From Macrostomum lignano (Eukaryota), in NCBI GenBank assembly GCA_002269645.1, contig NIVC01000834.1:62001-126000 (forward strand): 64,000 nt of DNA, written 5' to 3'. How positions within the stretch are numbered: the stretch's first letter is position 1; each line of letters starts with the position of its first letter. Positions 10,693 through 22,134 of this stretch are shown here, piece by piece. The position numbers were made by a program, and so were the translations under genes. The notes beneath the pieces were generated by a model. That model was not told where the DNA came from and made no database searches. It saw only the letters and a list, made by a program, of their open reading frames with translations.

Positions 10693-12225
10693 AATTGTGA
10701 ATGGTATCAGTTGTGAATGGTATCAGTTGTGAATGGTATAAATTGTGAATGGCATCAATTGTGAATGGTATCAATTGTGAATGGTATCAATTGTGAATGG
10801 TATCAGTTGTGAATGGTATCAATTGTGAATGGTATCAATTGTGAATGGTATCAGTTGTGAATGGTATCAATTGTGAATGGTATCAGTTGTGAATGGTATC
10901 AATTGTGAATGGTATCAATTGTGAATGGTATCAGTTGTGAATGGTATCAATTGTGAATGGTATCAGTTGTGAATGGTATCAATTGTGAATGGTATAAATT
11001 GTGAATGGTATCAATTGTGAATGGTATCAATTGTGAATGGTATCAGTTGTGAATGGTATCAATTGTGAATGGTATCAATTGTGAATGGTATCAATTGTGA
11101 ATGGTATCAATTGTGAATGGTATCAGTTGTGAATGGTATCAATTGTGAATGGTATCAGTTGTGAATGGTATCAATTGTGAATGGTATCAGTTGTGAATGG
11201 TATCAATTGTGAATGGTATCAATTGTGGATGGTATCAATTGTGAATGGTATCAATTGTGAACGGTATCAGCTGTGAATGGTATCAATTGTGAATGGTATC
11301 AATTGTGAATGGTATCAATTGTGAATGGTATCAATTGTGAATGGTATCAATTGTGAATGGTATCAATTGTGAATGGTATCAGTTGTGAATGGTATCAATT
11401 GTGAATGGTATCAATTGTGAATGGTATCAATTGTGAATGGTATCAATTGTGAATGGTATCAGTTGTGAATGGTATCAATTGTGAATGGTATCAGTTGTGA
11501 ATGGTATCAATTGTGAATGGTATCAGTTGTGAATGGTATCAATTGTGAATGGTATCAATTGTGGATGGTATCAATTGTGAATGGTATCAATTGTGAACGG
11601 TATCAGCTGTGAATGGTATCAATTGTGAATGGTATCAATTATGAATGGTATCAATTGTGAATGGTATCAGTTGTGAATGGTATCAGTTGTGAATGGTATA
11701 AATTGTGAATGGTATCAATTGTGAATGGTATCAGTTGTGAATGGTATAAATTGTGAATGGTATCAATTGTGAATGGCATCAATTGTGAATGGTATCAATT
11801 GTGAATGGTATCAATTGTGAATGGTATCAGTTGTGAATGGTATCAATTGTGAATGGTATCAATTGTGAATGGTATCAATTGTGAATGGTATCAATTGTGA
11901 ATGGTATCAGTTGTGAATGGTATCAATTGTGAATGGTATCAGTTGTGAATGGTATCAATTGTGAATGGTATCAGTTGTGAATGGTATCAATTGTGAATGG
12001 TATCAATTGTGGATGGTATCAATTGTGAATGGTATCAATTGTGAACGGTATCAGCTGTGAATGGTATCAATTGTGAATGGTATCAATTGTGAATGGTATC
12101 AATTATGAATGGTATCAATTGTGAATGGTATCAATTGTGAATGGTATCAATTGTGAATGGTATCAATTGTGAATGGTATCAATTGTGAATGGTATCAATT
12201 GTGAATGGTATCAATTGTGAATGGT
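10693..12225. repeat. Minisatellite, 16-bp unit AATTGTGAATGGTATC, ~95 copies
   Basis: Direct reading. Degenerate TGTGAATGG lead-in at ~10490-10690. Confidence 0.97.
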
Positions 12226-12643
12226 GTGTCGTGTGCTAATGAGGCGAATAGTAAATAAAGTAAAAATAATTACCAATATTTAATAAAGAACTCCAATTTT
12301 AAGATAAGAAACATTATCTTTTAAGATTAATTTTATTTTCTAAGGTTTTTGTAGACGCACTGTTTGTATCAGGGAATGAAGGCCACAGAATTTAGAATTT
12401 TGAGCACTTTTTACCACCATTACGTCGTAAAACAGTGAGTAAACCAAAGGATTTTCAGCTCTCATTAAGAAAGAGTTAGGCGCTTTATTTACAAAACTAT
12501 AAACTGGCTGAAAAAAATAGATGAATAAAGCAAAAAACAGGATACAAATAACTAAATGGCTGCTAGTATTATTTGAGTACCTGATGTGAATTATTGTGTG
12601 ATCTGATATGACAATATAACTGTCAGATGATCAGAGTTCACAT

Positions 12644-13112
12644 TCTATGGTCACAGTCTATGGTCAGTCTATGGTCAGCCTATGGTCAGTCTATGGTCAG
12701 TCTATAGTCACAGTCAGTCTGGTCTCAGTCTGGTCTCAGTCTGCGATCACAGTCTGGTCCCAGTCTATGGTCACAGTCTATGGTCAGTCTATGGTCAGTC
12801 TATGGTCACAGTCTAGTCTCAGTCTGTGGTCACAGCCAATGGTCACAGTCTATGGTCAGTCTATGGGCACAGTCTATGGTCAGTCTATGGGCACAGTCTA
12901 TGGTCAGTCTCTGGTCAGTCTATGTTTACAATCTATGGTCAGTCTATAGTCAGTCTGTGGTCACAGTCAGTTTGGTCTCAGTCTGGTCTCAGTCTGCGAT
13001 CACAGACTATGGTCACAGTCCGGTCAGTCTTAGATCACAGTCCATAATCAGTCTATGGTCACAGTCTATGGTCACAGTCTACAGCCACAGCAGCTTAGGG
13101 TCACAATCACAG
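12644..13112. repeat. Low-complexity tandem repeat of 11-13-bp units (TCTATGGTCAG / TCTATGGTCACAG)
   Basis: Direct reading. It explains the repetitive SLWSQ/MVTV ORFs. Confidence 0.85.
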
Positions 13113-13253
13113 TAATTCAAAAGTCAATATGTTTTTAGGCTTATTTTCAGTAAATGAGGGACGAATGTCCACGAGATCCGTAATTAATAGTCACAGACTA
13201 TTGTGATTGTACAAGTAGAGCCAATGCTAATGCCTGCACTGTCCAGCATTGAG

Positions 13254-16200
13254 TCACATGCCCGTCTCGCTGTCCTCGGAGTCCACCGCATAAGATGGTC
13301 GCAGCCGGTTTAACCGATTCGGGAAAATGATTGTCTCGCGCCTCTGCCTGAGGAATGGATCCTGCATTCCATTGGCGTGTTTTTTAATTTTAGATTTCAG
13401 ATGGCACTGACGGGACAGCCAGAGAGAGACGGCAGACGGAACAGACTGACAGAGAGCTGATAGAAGCCAAGGCATTCACGCAAATAGACATCCTTACAGG
13501 CAGACACACGGACACTAATACAACCTTACAGGCAGACATGCATACACTATAAGACATCCTTACAGACGGACATTCAGACACTAAGACACCCTTACATGCA
13601 GACATGAGGACACTAATATATCCTTACATGCAGACATGAGGACACTAAGACATCCTTACAGACAGACATGCGGACACTAAGACATCCTTATAGACAGACA
13701 CACGGACATTAAGACATCCTTACAGAGACATACAGACACTAAGACACCCTCACATGCAGACATGTGGACACTAAGGCATCCTTACAGGCAGACATGTGGA
13801 CACTAAGGCATCCTTACAGGCAGACATGTGGACACTAAGGCATCCTTACAGGCAGACATGCGGACACTATAAGACATCCTTACAGACAGACATGCGGACA
13901 CTAAGACATCCTTATAGACAGACACACGGACATTAAGACATCCTTACAGAGACATACAGACACTAAGACACCCTCACATGCAGACATGTGGACACTAAGG
14001 CATCCTTACAGGCAGACATGTGGACACTAAGGCATCCTTACAGGCAGACATGTGGACACTAAGGCATCCTTACAGGCAGACATGTGGACACTAAGGCATC
14101 CACAACAGAGACTCACATCGGATTTGACATCCTCCGGCACAGCCAGCCGTCGAAGCGGCTGTCCGTCCTTGCCGTCGCACACGTGTTGGTGATGATGGTG
14201 ATGCCAGTCGCCAGACTCAGTCACGTTGTCCAAGTCGAACTGGTCAGTGCCGCCAGACTGCACGTTCAAATCGAAGCTGTTGTAGAGGAAGGGCAGGCGG
14301 TTGTGCAGACTCTTGGCCAGCGCTTTGATTCTCAATTTGCGCTTCTCGCTAGCCAGCAGGCGACGGCTGAGCTCCCGGCCGCTCACCAGACCAAGGAGGG
14401 TGGCGGTCACGACCTGTGGGTTCGGTTTCGAGTCCATTGGTCTTGCTGTAACTGTAACATTCGAGACCAACAAGGGTAAGGTAGGGGTGTGGAGAACCGG
14501 TCAGTGGTAAAGTTCAAGCAGTTCCTTAAGGGTTACATGCCTGATGATGGAAAGTAAGGCTCATTTTACACCCTGTCAACCCCCAAGGCACAGTGAAGGA
14601 ACGGCTCGGGCCGCTGTACATCTTCACTCCTGTGAAGATGTGTGCCTGTGCGTATGACTGCGTACGGATCCGCACGGTTGTGTGCATGCTCAGGGGAGTC
14701 GGCGGAATGGGCAGTAATGCCTCTCGCCGGTTGTGACGTGCGCCTACGAGCGTATGTATTCAAATTCGTGCACTTTCCATGGGTCAGCAATACGTTGGTC
14801 ATCTTGATTTGACAGCCCTCTGCAAAGTTACTAGCTGGCGAAGGTTGCAGTTTCGGCCCTAAATTCGAACCAGAAACTATTGAAGCAGTTCAGGGGTAGC
14901 AAAATGTACCCTCGTAAAAAACCTTGATTTCGCATTAACCATTGAACGAGCCGTAGATAAATCTCTTTGGCCGATCACGGTCAACACAGTTTGTGATTGG
15001 TTTCATGGAAGGAGTTTAAACCGGGTATCATATGAAGTCGCCAAGGACACTTACGAGCCAACAGTGGTTAAAGCAGAGCGTGGATGGTTGAATGCTAAAA
15101 TCCTACGGAAGCAACTGTACCGAAAGCCCTTCTCTGAACCTAAAAGAAACTTCATAACACTGGGGACTGCCAATGCAAGTCAAGCTGCCTCCTCGTATTT
15201 AGCTCACGTGCTTTCCAATCGAGTCCAGTCGAACGCTGCGAATTTCCAGCTTCTCCTCGTCCTCGAAGTCGCCTTGCTCCATGGTGGATCCGGCGGCTGC
15301 CAGCTGCTGCAGCTGGCGACGCTTCTTCAGCTTTCGTTTGCACACGGTGCTCCACCGCATCATTGAGTCTGAATTTGTTATCGAAGCCGAATAGAAAAAT
15401 GCTGATATATAAAGGGTGACGCAAAAACGGATGAAAATTGAAGGTCTCTAATCCATTAGCAGGCTGGCTAAAAAGTCTGACTCACACGTCATGTCAATGA
15501 AACCGACGCAGTTCGTCCAAGTCTTCACCTCCGCGTCCGCATTGATCTGCTGCACGTCGCCAACAATGAGACCGATGAACAGATTCATGAGCACTATCGG
15601 CATGGTCACCACGAAGAAGAAGTACACGAACCGAGTCAGAACATCGTCATAAACCTGCAGACGGGTGTTGGGAGATCATTGGAATAATGGTAGGTCAGTT
15701 TGGGATGAATGGATATGATGCGAAGCTCTTAATTAATTGGTCGGTATCAATTGTACTTGCGCTCTGAAAGCATTGCAATTGGGAGCCGGGAGCCACTAGG
15801 CAGACACCTAACTATACGAGCGTACATTTAGAGCTCTCAGACCAGTCAGTTCTAATTAATTTCAGATAAGAGAGCTCCGCAGCTCAAGTGGTCTAATGCG
15901 ACGGCAGGCAATGTGCTATGCAATTATGGCCAAAGTTAATCGCGTAATGACATAATGGCGATGAAATTAGACAGTCACAAAACTTTTAGAATACCATAGC
16001 AGAAAAAGCCAGAGCTATTTAATTACAAAATAGTGGTCTAAAGAGACTATACTCACCAGCTTCTGATCCTTCAAATCGAGCTTTCCATCGTCCCTGTTGT
16101 AGATTGCACTGAAAATGTCATTGTAATCCAATCCGCCCGTCATCATGTCGAAAACTTTAAAAAACGACACCCAGTAATTTCTGAAGTTGTAATGATTGTA

Positions 16201-19200
16201 CAGCAGCATGTGGAAGACTTGAACGAAGGCCATGATGAAGCTAAGAAAAGAGATGAGCACGCCCATGCCAGTCTTCACGGACGTGTAGAACATCATGACG
16301 TAGGTGCTGAACACTTGGAAGCGGGAGAGGTAGAAGAACATCATGCTCCAGGCTAGAAAGGCGGCAACAACTGACACATTCCATTGCCAGTTCTCTCTGA
16401 AGCCACTGGACCAGGGGCATTCGGACACGTTGATGCACGAGAGCAAGATCAGGGTGTACATGGTAAGCTCAATTAGATTCTGGAACCAGCCCTTGAAGTA
16501 CTGTCGGGTACTAGTGACAGCTTGGTAGATCTCTTTGAGTATGCAAGCCGCTGTGATGGCCAGCAGCACGTACTGGGCGGGCGTGATCCAGAACCAGCCG
16601 CGGTCCCAGTCGTACACGGGGCAGCGATTGAACCGTGGCTCGCTGCCGTTCAGGCAATGGGCAGAGTCCAACAGGCGGCCGTTGCACACTTCGCAGCTGG
16701 AGTTGAAAGACCTGCAGTCGGCGGAGTGGTGAACGAAGAAACCGATTTCGGGGCACTTGGCGTAGGGACAGTTGAAGTAGCCCGTGACCCGGTAGGACTC
16801 CGGGGTGCGCATCAGATGAAAGCCGGAATAGTAGCTCGCCTCCGACCTGGGGTTGTTGGTGACCCAGGTCAGGTGGCCGACCAGCAGAGCCAGGTAGGCC
16901 AGGTGGAACAAGTTCATAAACACGGCGACAAAGAAGGAGCCGACGTAGAAGCGCTCGAGGTACTGAGTAACCATCGGGTGACTTTTCAGCGTAGCGTTTC
17001 CGGCCATGACGCGCATAAGGCGGGAGTTCATCCTATCCGGTTCACCGTCGGGCTGGCGGAAAATGCCCTGCTCCATGCGCACGGCTTCAACCATCAGCTT
17101 CGGTTTCTTCTTTTTTACAGCGGCCTTGCTTTTCTTCTTCGAAGCGACTCCCTCAGTCGGCTGGTCTTCGGCCGTCTCGACGTCCACCGCCTGCGTGATG
17201 ATGTCGCAGGTCAGGAAGTAGTCGTACACCAGCACTAGAATCGAAAGTGCATCGTCGTCGTCGATTGCCAACTTGAGCAGGCCGATGTGATGCCGTTGGA
17301 CATACTCATGCCAGTACCGCTGGATCACTGAATCCCTGGAATCGTGTCCGTTCTCATGTGCCTTGTTCTCAAATGCCAGGTTGTCGCGGGTACCATGACT
17401 GTGACCGCCTCCGTGCCCGTTTGGGGGCGCTAAATGTTCCGAATTGTCCAGGCTGTCGTGGTGATGGCCGTGGCTTTCGCATGGCGTCTTTGAATTGAGC
17501 ATCTCCAAGAGCTCTGGGAACTTTTGAATGCTCTCCAAAATGGTTGATGAACTGACATTCATCAGAACTGCGGGAAACCGTCGCATCAGGTCCAGCACCA
17601 GAATTGATACGCCAAAAGACAGAGCCAGTGACAGCGCACTGATGCTCACATCTCGGTCATCAACGTCCTTGAGCGTGAAGCTGTGACTAGGATCGATGCC
17701 CTCGCTGAGCAGAAAGTTGAAGACTTCCATGAACTGGCGGACTCGTTCCTCTTCCAGGGTGCCGTCCGCCTCCATCTCCTTGAGACCCGCGCCGCAGATC
17801 TCCACGAAAGCCATTAGCAAGGTGTAGCGACCCATCACCTGGCATTTCATGTTGAAACCCTTGCCTTTCAGCGTCTTCAGCGCCACCAGCAGCATCTTGT
17901 AGCGCTGATTAAAAGTCCGCATCAGCACTACGGCCAAGTTGCAGCACTTCTTGTCGCGAATGTTCAACCGAAAACTGTCCGGCATCTTGCGCAGCAGGCT
18001 GAGCGACAGCCAGCCGGGACAGCTGGGCTCGAAGGCTGCGAATATTGACACCTTGCCGTCCACCACGGCGTTCAAATCGAACTGGGCCGCCTCAATTACA
18101 TCCAGATACTCCGGCAGCAGGCGCGACAGCTTCTCTTTGGGCAGCAGAGACTCGTTGAAGTCGGTCTCCCTGAACAGGAAGTGGATCATCCAGTGGAACA
18201 GGCTGTCCTTGTAGCGCTGCCGACGAATCGAATCGGAGCTGGTCGAGGCGGCGAAGCTGCTGAGCGACTCCAAAACGAGGCCCAGGCTGGTGGGACTCAG
18301 GGAGGCCCTCTGGTTGGCGTCGTCAACTACGGGCGAAAGTTTCAGCTCCCAGCGCACGCCCTGGATCAGCGCCATGGACAGCTGAGAGGGAAAAGTGATA
18401 GGAAAGTATGAGTCATCAACCAGAAATTGCCGAGTCTTAGTAATAGCAGGGATTTAATGCTATGCTGCTGATTCTCCCTTATACAACCCATAGGCTCAGG
18501 TAGCAGCACTACAAGCCAGGTATTAATAATGCATGCAACAGACGCAGTACACAAGCTTATTGTTCTAATGGTTAATTATTAAGTTAGAGGGCAGCGCATC
18601 TACACGGGGTCCATGCACAGAAACTTGGTCGCATGTGAAACTCTTTTTTACTATGGTCATGCAGGCCGAAATCGATCGTACGAGCGTATTATCATAAAAA
18701 GGAGCTGATAAACCCTAATTTACGAGCTAAACAAAACAGAATGTGCTTTGTTGTCGTTTGAAGTCGTCTCTGATTAACTAAAAAGTTTTCTACCTTTTTA
18801 CTATAATAAAAATGCCACTAACTTGAGCAAGGAAGGATTCATGCTCGCTCTTGTACTGTGTATACAGTTGATCTCAACCTCAAACAGCTACTCGTTCCCG
18901 ACCATATAATCGTTACCTAGAGACGTTAGTCTGTCATAAAGAAAGAAAAGTCCTTTTCGACCGCAGTACAATAATGACGTGCCCACTGTGGAAGAGCTCG
19001 AGTGCTACAGTTGGCAATTCCGCATTGGCCCCAGTGCGGATCAAGGACTTCACTTGAAAGAATTTGTCACTCAAACCCAACCCCACCCTGATCCCAAACT
19101 GCTCTGCACTGTACAGTAAAGCTGCTTAACTGACACAACGAAAATTATAATTGTTAACCTCCAATTTCTTTTTGAAATGAAAAGTACGCTTTTTACACTT

Positions 19201-20691
19201 CAATCATCAGGCAGTCAATACTTTCAATCAATTACTCTACTTTTTATGCATCAGTTATACCCCGCACCTGTCATTCCCCACCTGCAATATGCTTTCTCAC
19301 CTGTTGCACGCTGGGAAAGATGCTGGAGATGCTCACGTGCCTGGAAAAGTGCTTGAGTAGAGTTCTCACAGTCGCTGGGGGATTTGCGGATTGCGCAGCA
19401 TCTGAACCACAACGTTCATCTCCATGTCAAGCGACTCTTCGCCCAGTTCCTTCATCTCGCTCTGGTGCGGGTCGCTGAGCACCGAGGCACCGGAGGCCGT
19501 GAGCAGCTCGCAGGCAATCTCCAAGATTTCCTGTTCGGTCCGGAACGTGCAACTTAGGCAGTTGATCATGACGCTAAGATCAACCTTGGCGTCGGCTCTA
19601 ATTAACGACTGAACCAGGTGGCAGAGTTCGTGCCCGCTGAAGTGCTCGCTGCCGATGAGCACTTCCAGGCAGCTGCGCTTGTCAAAGTACGCGGTGTCAG
19701 GGGTGGCCCCGCGACTAAGCAGAAAGGCCACCAGCTCCGAGGCCACCGCTGGGTCTTTGACGTGCGAGATGATGGCGCAGATGAGGTTCTCCGACTTGCC
19801 TGACGCGTCCAGCTCGCCGGTGAGAAACGGCTTTGGTAGGCTTTGCAGCAGCACGAACAGCATTGCGGTGGTGTCCACGCTGCAGGCCTTCATCAGCGGC
19901 GTCAGCCTCTGCGCCGTGCGCTCCTGCTGACGCAATAACGACTGCAGCGTCGCGTGGCCGAGGCAATCCTTCGTCAGCAGGTTGGTCATCAGAAACGGAC
20001 TCTCCAACTCAATGCTGGCGTGCAGGAGGTTTCGCCCTTCCTCGTCGGTGTCGGTGAGCTTTCTTAGAAAGCCGTGCCTGACCAGCCAGTCGAATGAGTC
20101 GAAGGAGTCGCGCAAAGTGACCATGAAGTAGCTGGGCACGGAGCGCCAGTTGAATTTTCGCTGTTCAAGCGCGAACACGGAGTCCTCGGGCAGGTCCGAT
20201 TGCGGTGCAAAATCGATGCACAGATTGACTTTCTTGGCGAACAGGCTGACAGAGAGGATGTCGTGCGTCTGCAGGAGCTGCAGCACCCGGGGACTGGCGC
20301 ACAGGCAGAATATGTGGCCAAGGAACATGTTGCGGCAGGCGATCTTCACGCCGGATCGCGTGTGGAGCTCGATTTTGAAGCCGGACAGCCTGGTGCTGAG
20401 GTCGCGCAGCTGCGTCAGGAACTCGTGCATGCGGTTGTAGTTGTCCTCAATGATGGCCGTCATTAGCTGGCTGAGCTGCGGCTCGGTTTTCAGCGACCAA
20501 CCGCTGCGGGTCTTCAACTCCTCCGGGAGGGCGTCGCCGCGGTTCATGAGGCTGAACAGCGGCTGGCTGGTGTCCAGGTGCTCCCGATCCACCAGGTTCG
20601 ACACCGAGGCAAACCGGCTGGCTGCGCCGAGCCGTCCGCCCTGGGAGGTGGCCTCCGAGCGGGTGGTCGACCAGCGCGGAGAGTTTGCCAT
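13254..20691 (-). CDS. TRPA-family (ankyrin-repeat) cation channel, ~1473 aa, 7 coding exons
   Basis: Exons 20691-19370, 19340-19301, 18381-16057, 15654-15486, 15368-15208, 14413-14117, 13361-13254 join in frame via GT-AG junctions (4422 nt). Features: degenerate ankyrin repeats (GRNLLHASI, LTPLMKAC), six TM segments, WQWNVSVVAAFLAW (S4), pore MMTGGLDY, S6 MPIVLMNLFIGLIVGD (TRPA signature), and C-terminal FLRQRRETIIFPNR resembling TRPA1 ..TIVYPN. Exons 2, 6 and 7 are less certain. Confidence 0.85.
13490..14100. repeat. Intronic minisatellite, ~32-bp unit GACACTAAGGCATCCTTACAGGCAGACATGTG
   Basis: Direct reading. Lies in the last intron of the TRPA-like gene. Confidence 0.9.
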
Positions 20692-22134
20692 TTTCCTTTG
20701 TCTTCCAAGATGATCAACTGTACGACTTCCGAGGTGAGCTGTCCAACGTGGCCGCTCTACTCGGTAAGCATTTGCTCGTATTTTTCTCTAAATATAAAGC
20801 CGTGGCCAGCCACAGCGCCAGGTAGCGCTTCAATTGGCCCGGCCGATGAGCTAAAATACGGGGCGGGACAGAGTCGGTTGAGACCCTTTTTTGAGCAGTG
20901 CCGGACAGTGGACAAGGGGGTGGATGGTGGCGCGACCGCTTCAAGTCCGTCCTATTGTCCAATAATAGCATTGCCTGTGCACCTTAACTAATGCTGCTGC
21001 ACCTTCAGCGCGCTACGCATTAAACAAAATGCAGTTTAAGAGGTGTAGTTAAACTAGAGAGACAGAGAAAAGACAGGAGAGCGGCAGGGGTTAGGAGGGC
21101 TGCTGAGGGGACGAGGTCCGTGCATCTGCATAGCTAAGGCCCCACTAGTTTGGCATACAGAGTCGCGCTGCAGTAAAAGAATTAATTCCTATACACTAAA
21201 AATGTTTCACTGCTCACAAATTGCTGTCATGCGGGCGGGGGTGCACAGGCATCAACGCCTCGCAATTTACTGTTTTTCTACTAGAAAAATGAGTCACTTT
21301 ATCTTTTACAAGCAGTACGCAATTTTTAGATATTTATTGTTTTCATTTTAATTCAATTTTCTGATAAAATATTGGTTTTGCTTTTAAAATGATTAATTTC
21401 CCTTTAATATTAGGAGTTCCAGTTATATTCGGCTGCAATTGCAAGCATTGGACAGGCAAACACTTCTGGAAGAGCAGCGAAGCCATGCAGTCAATAAAAT
21501 AGAATAAAGAAAGTAGACCAACTAGAAGGAGTTCCATCAACCCAGCGATAGACACAGAATGCTAAGGTCAGTTAAAGAAACAATGCAGGAGCAGAACGGT
21601 CAGGCAACCCCTTAGGGCATTAGCAGGGCAAATAGAACTCGCATCATCCACTTCTCCAGACACCCCTGGGGTTCTCTATCGCTCTCATCTTACCTTCAAG
21701 ATGAAGCAACCCCCCGCCCCGAGTTTGTTTGCGCACACACAAAGCTGCACCAGTGCTGAACCGCATCTGCCCTCCCAAGGCCGGACTTAAACAACACGCT
21801 TTTCTATACCCTACCATCAAGTACCCCATCTGCCGAAAACACTCAAACTTTAGGGATTAAATTGAGTAAAGTTCAGAATTTTGGCTTTTAGTTTACGGAT
21901 CGAATGATTATAACTTCTAGCAATATACAATAACACTGCTTTTGTCAGGTCAAGCTGATAAAAAAAAATAATAAAGCAGCTCGCAGTTTCTTTCCTCGAA
22001 AGCAACTACAAATTTTGTGCTGAAAAATTGAAAACCTCCATTGTTCGTAGATTTCAGGTAAAACCTGCTTTCGAATCATTTTCAAGAAACGAAACGTATT
22101 TTCCAGTACTTCTACTTGAGAAAGCATTGACTGC

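Noticed and set aside
10693-12225. Possible CRISPR array
   Set aside because: No unique spacers: head-to-tail tandem units in a eukaryotic genome with no cas genes.
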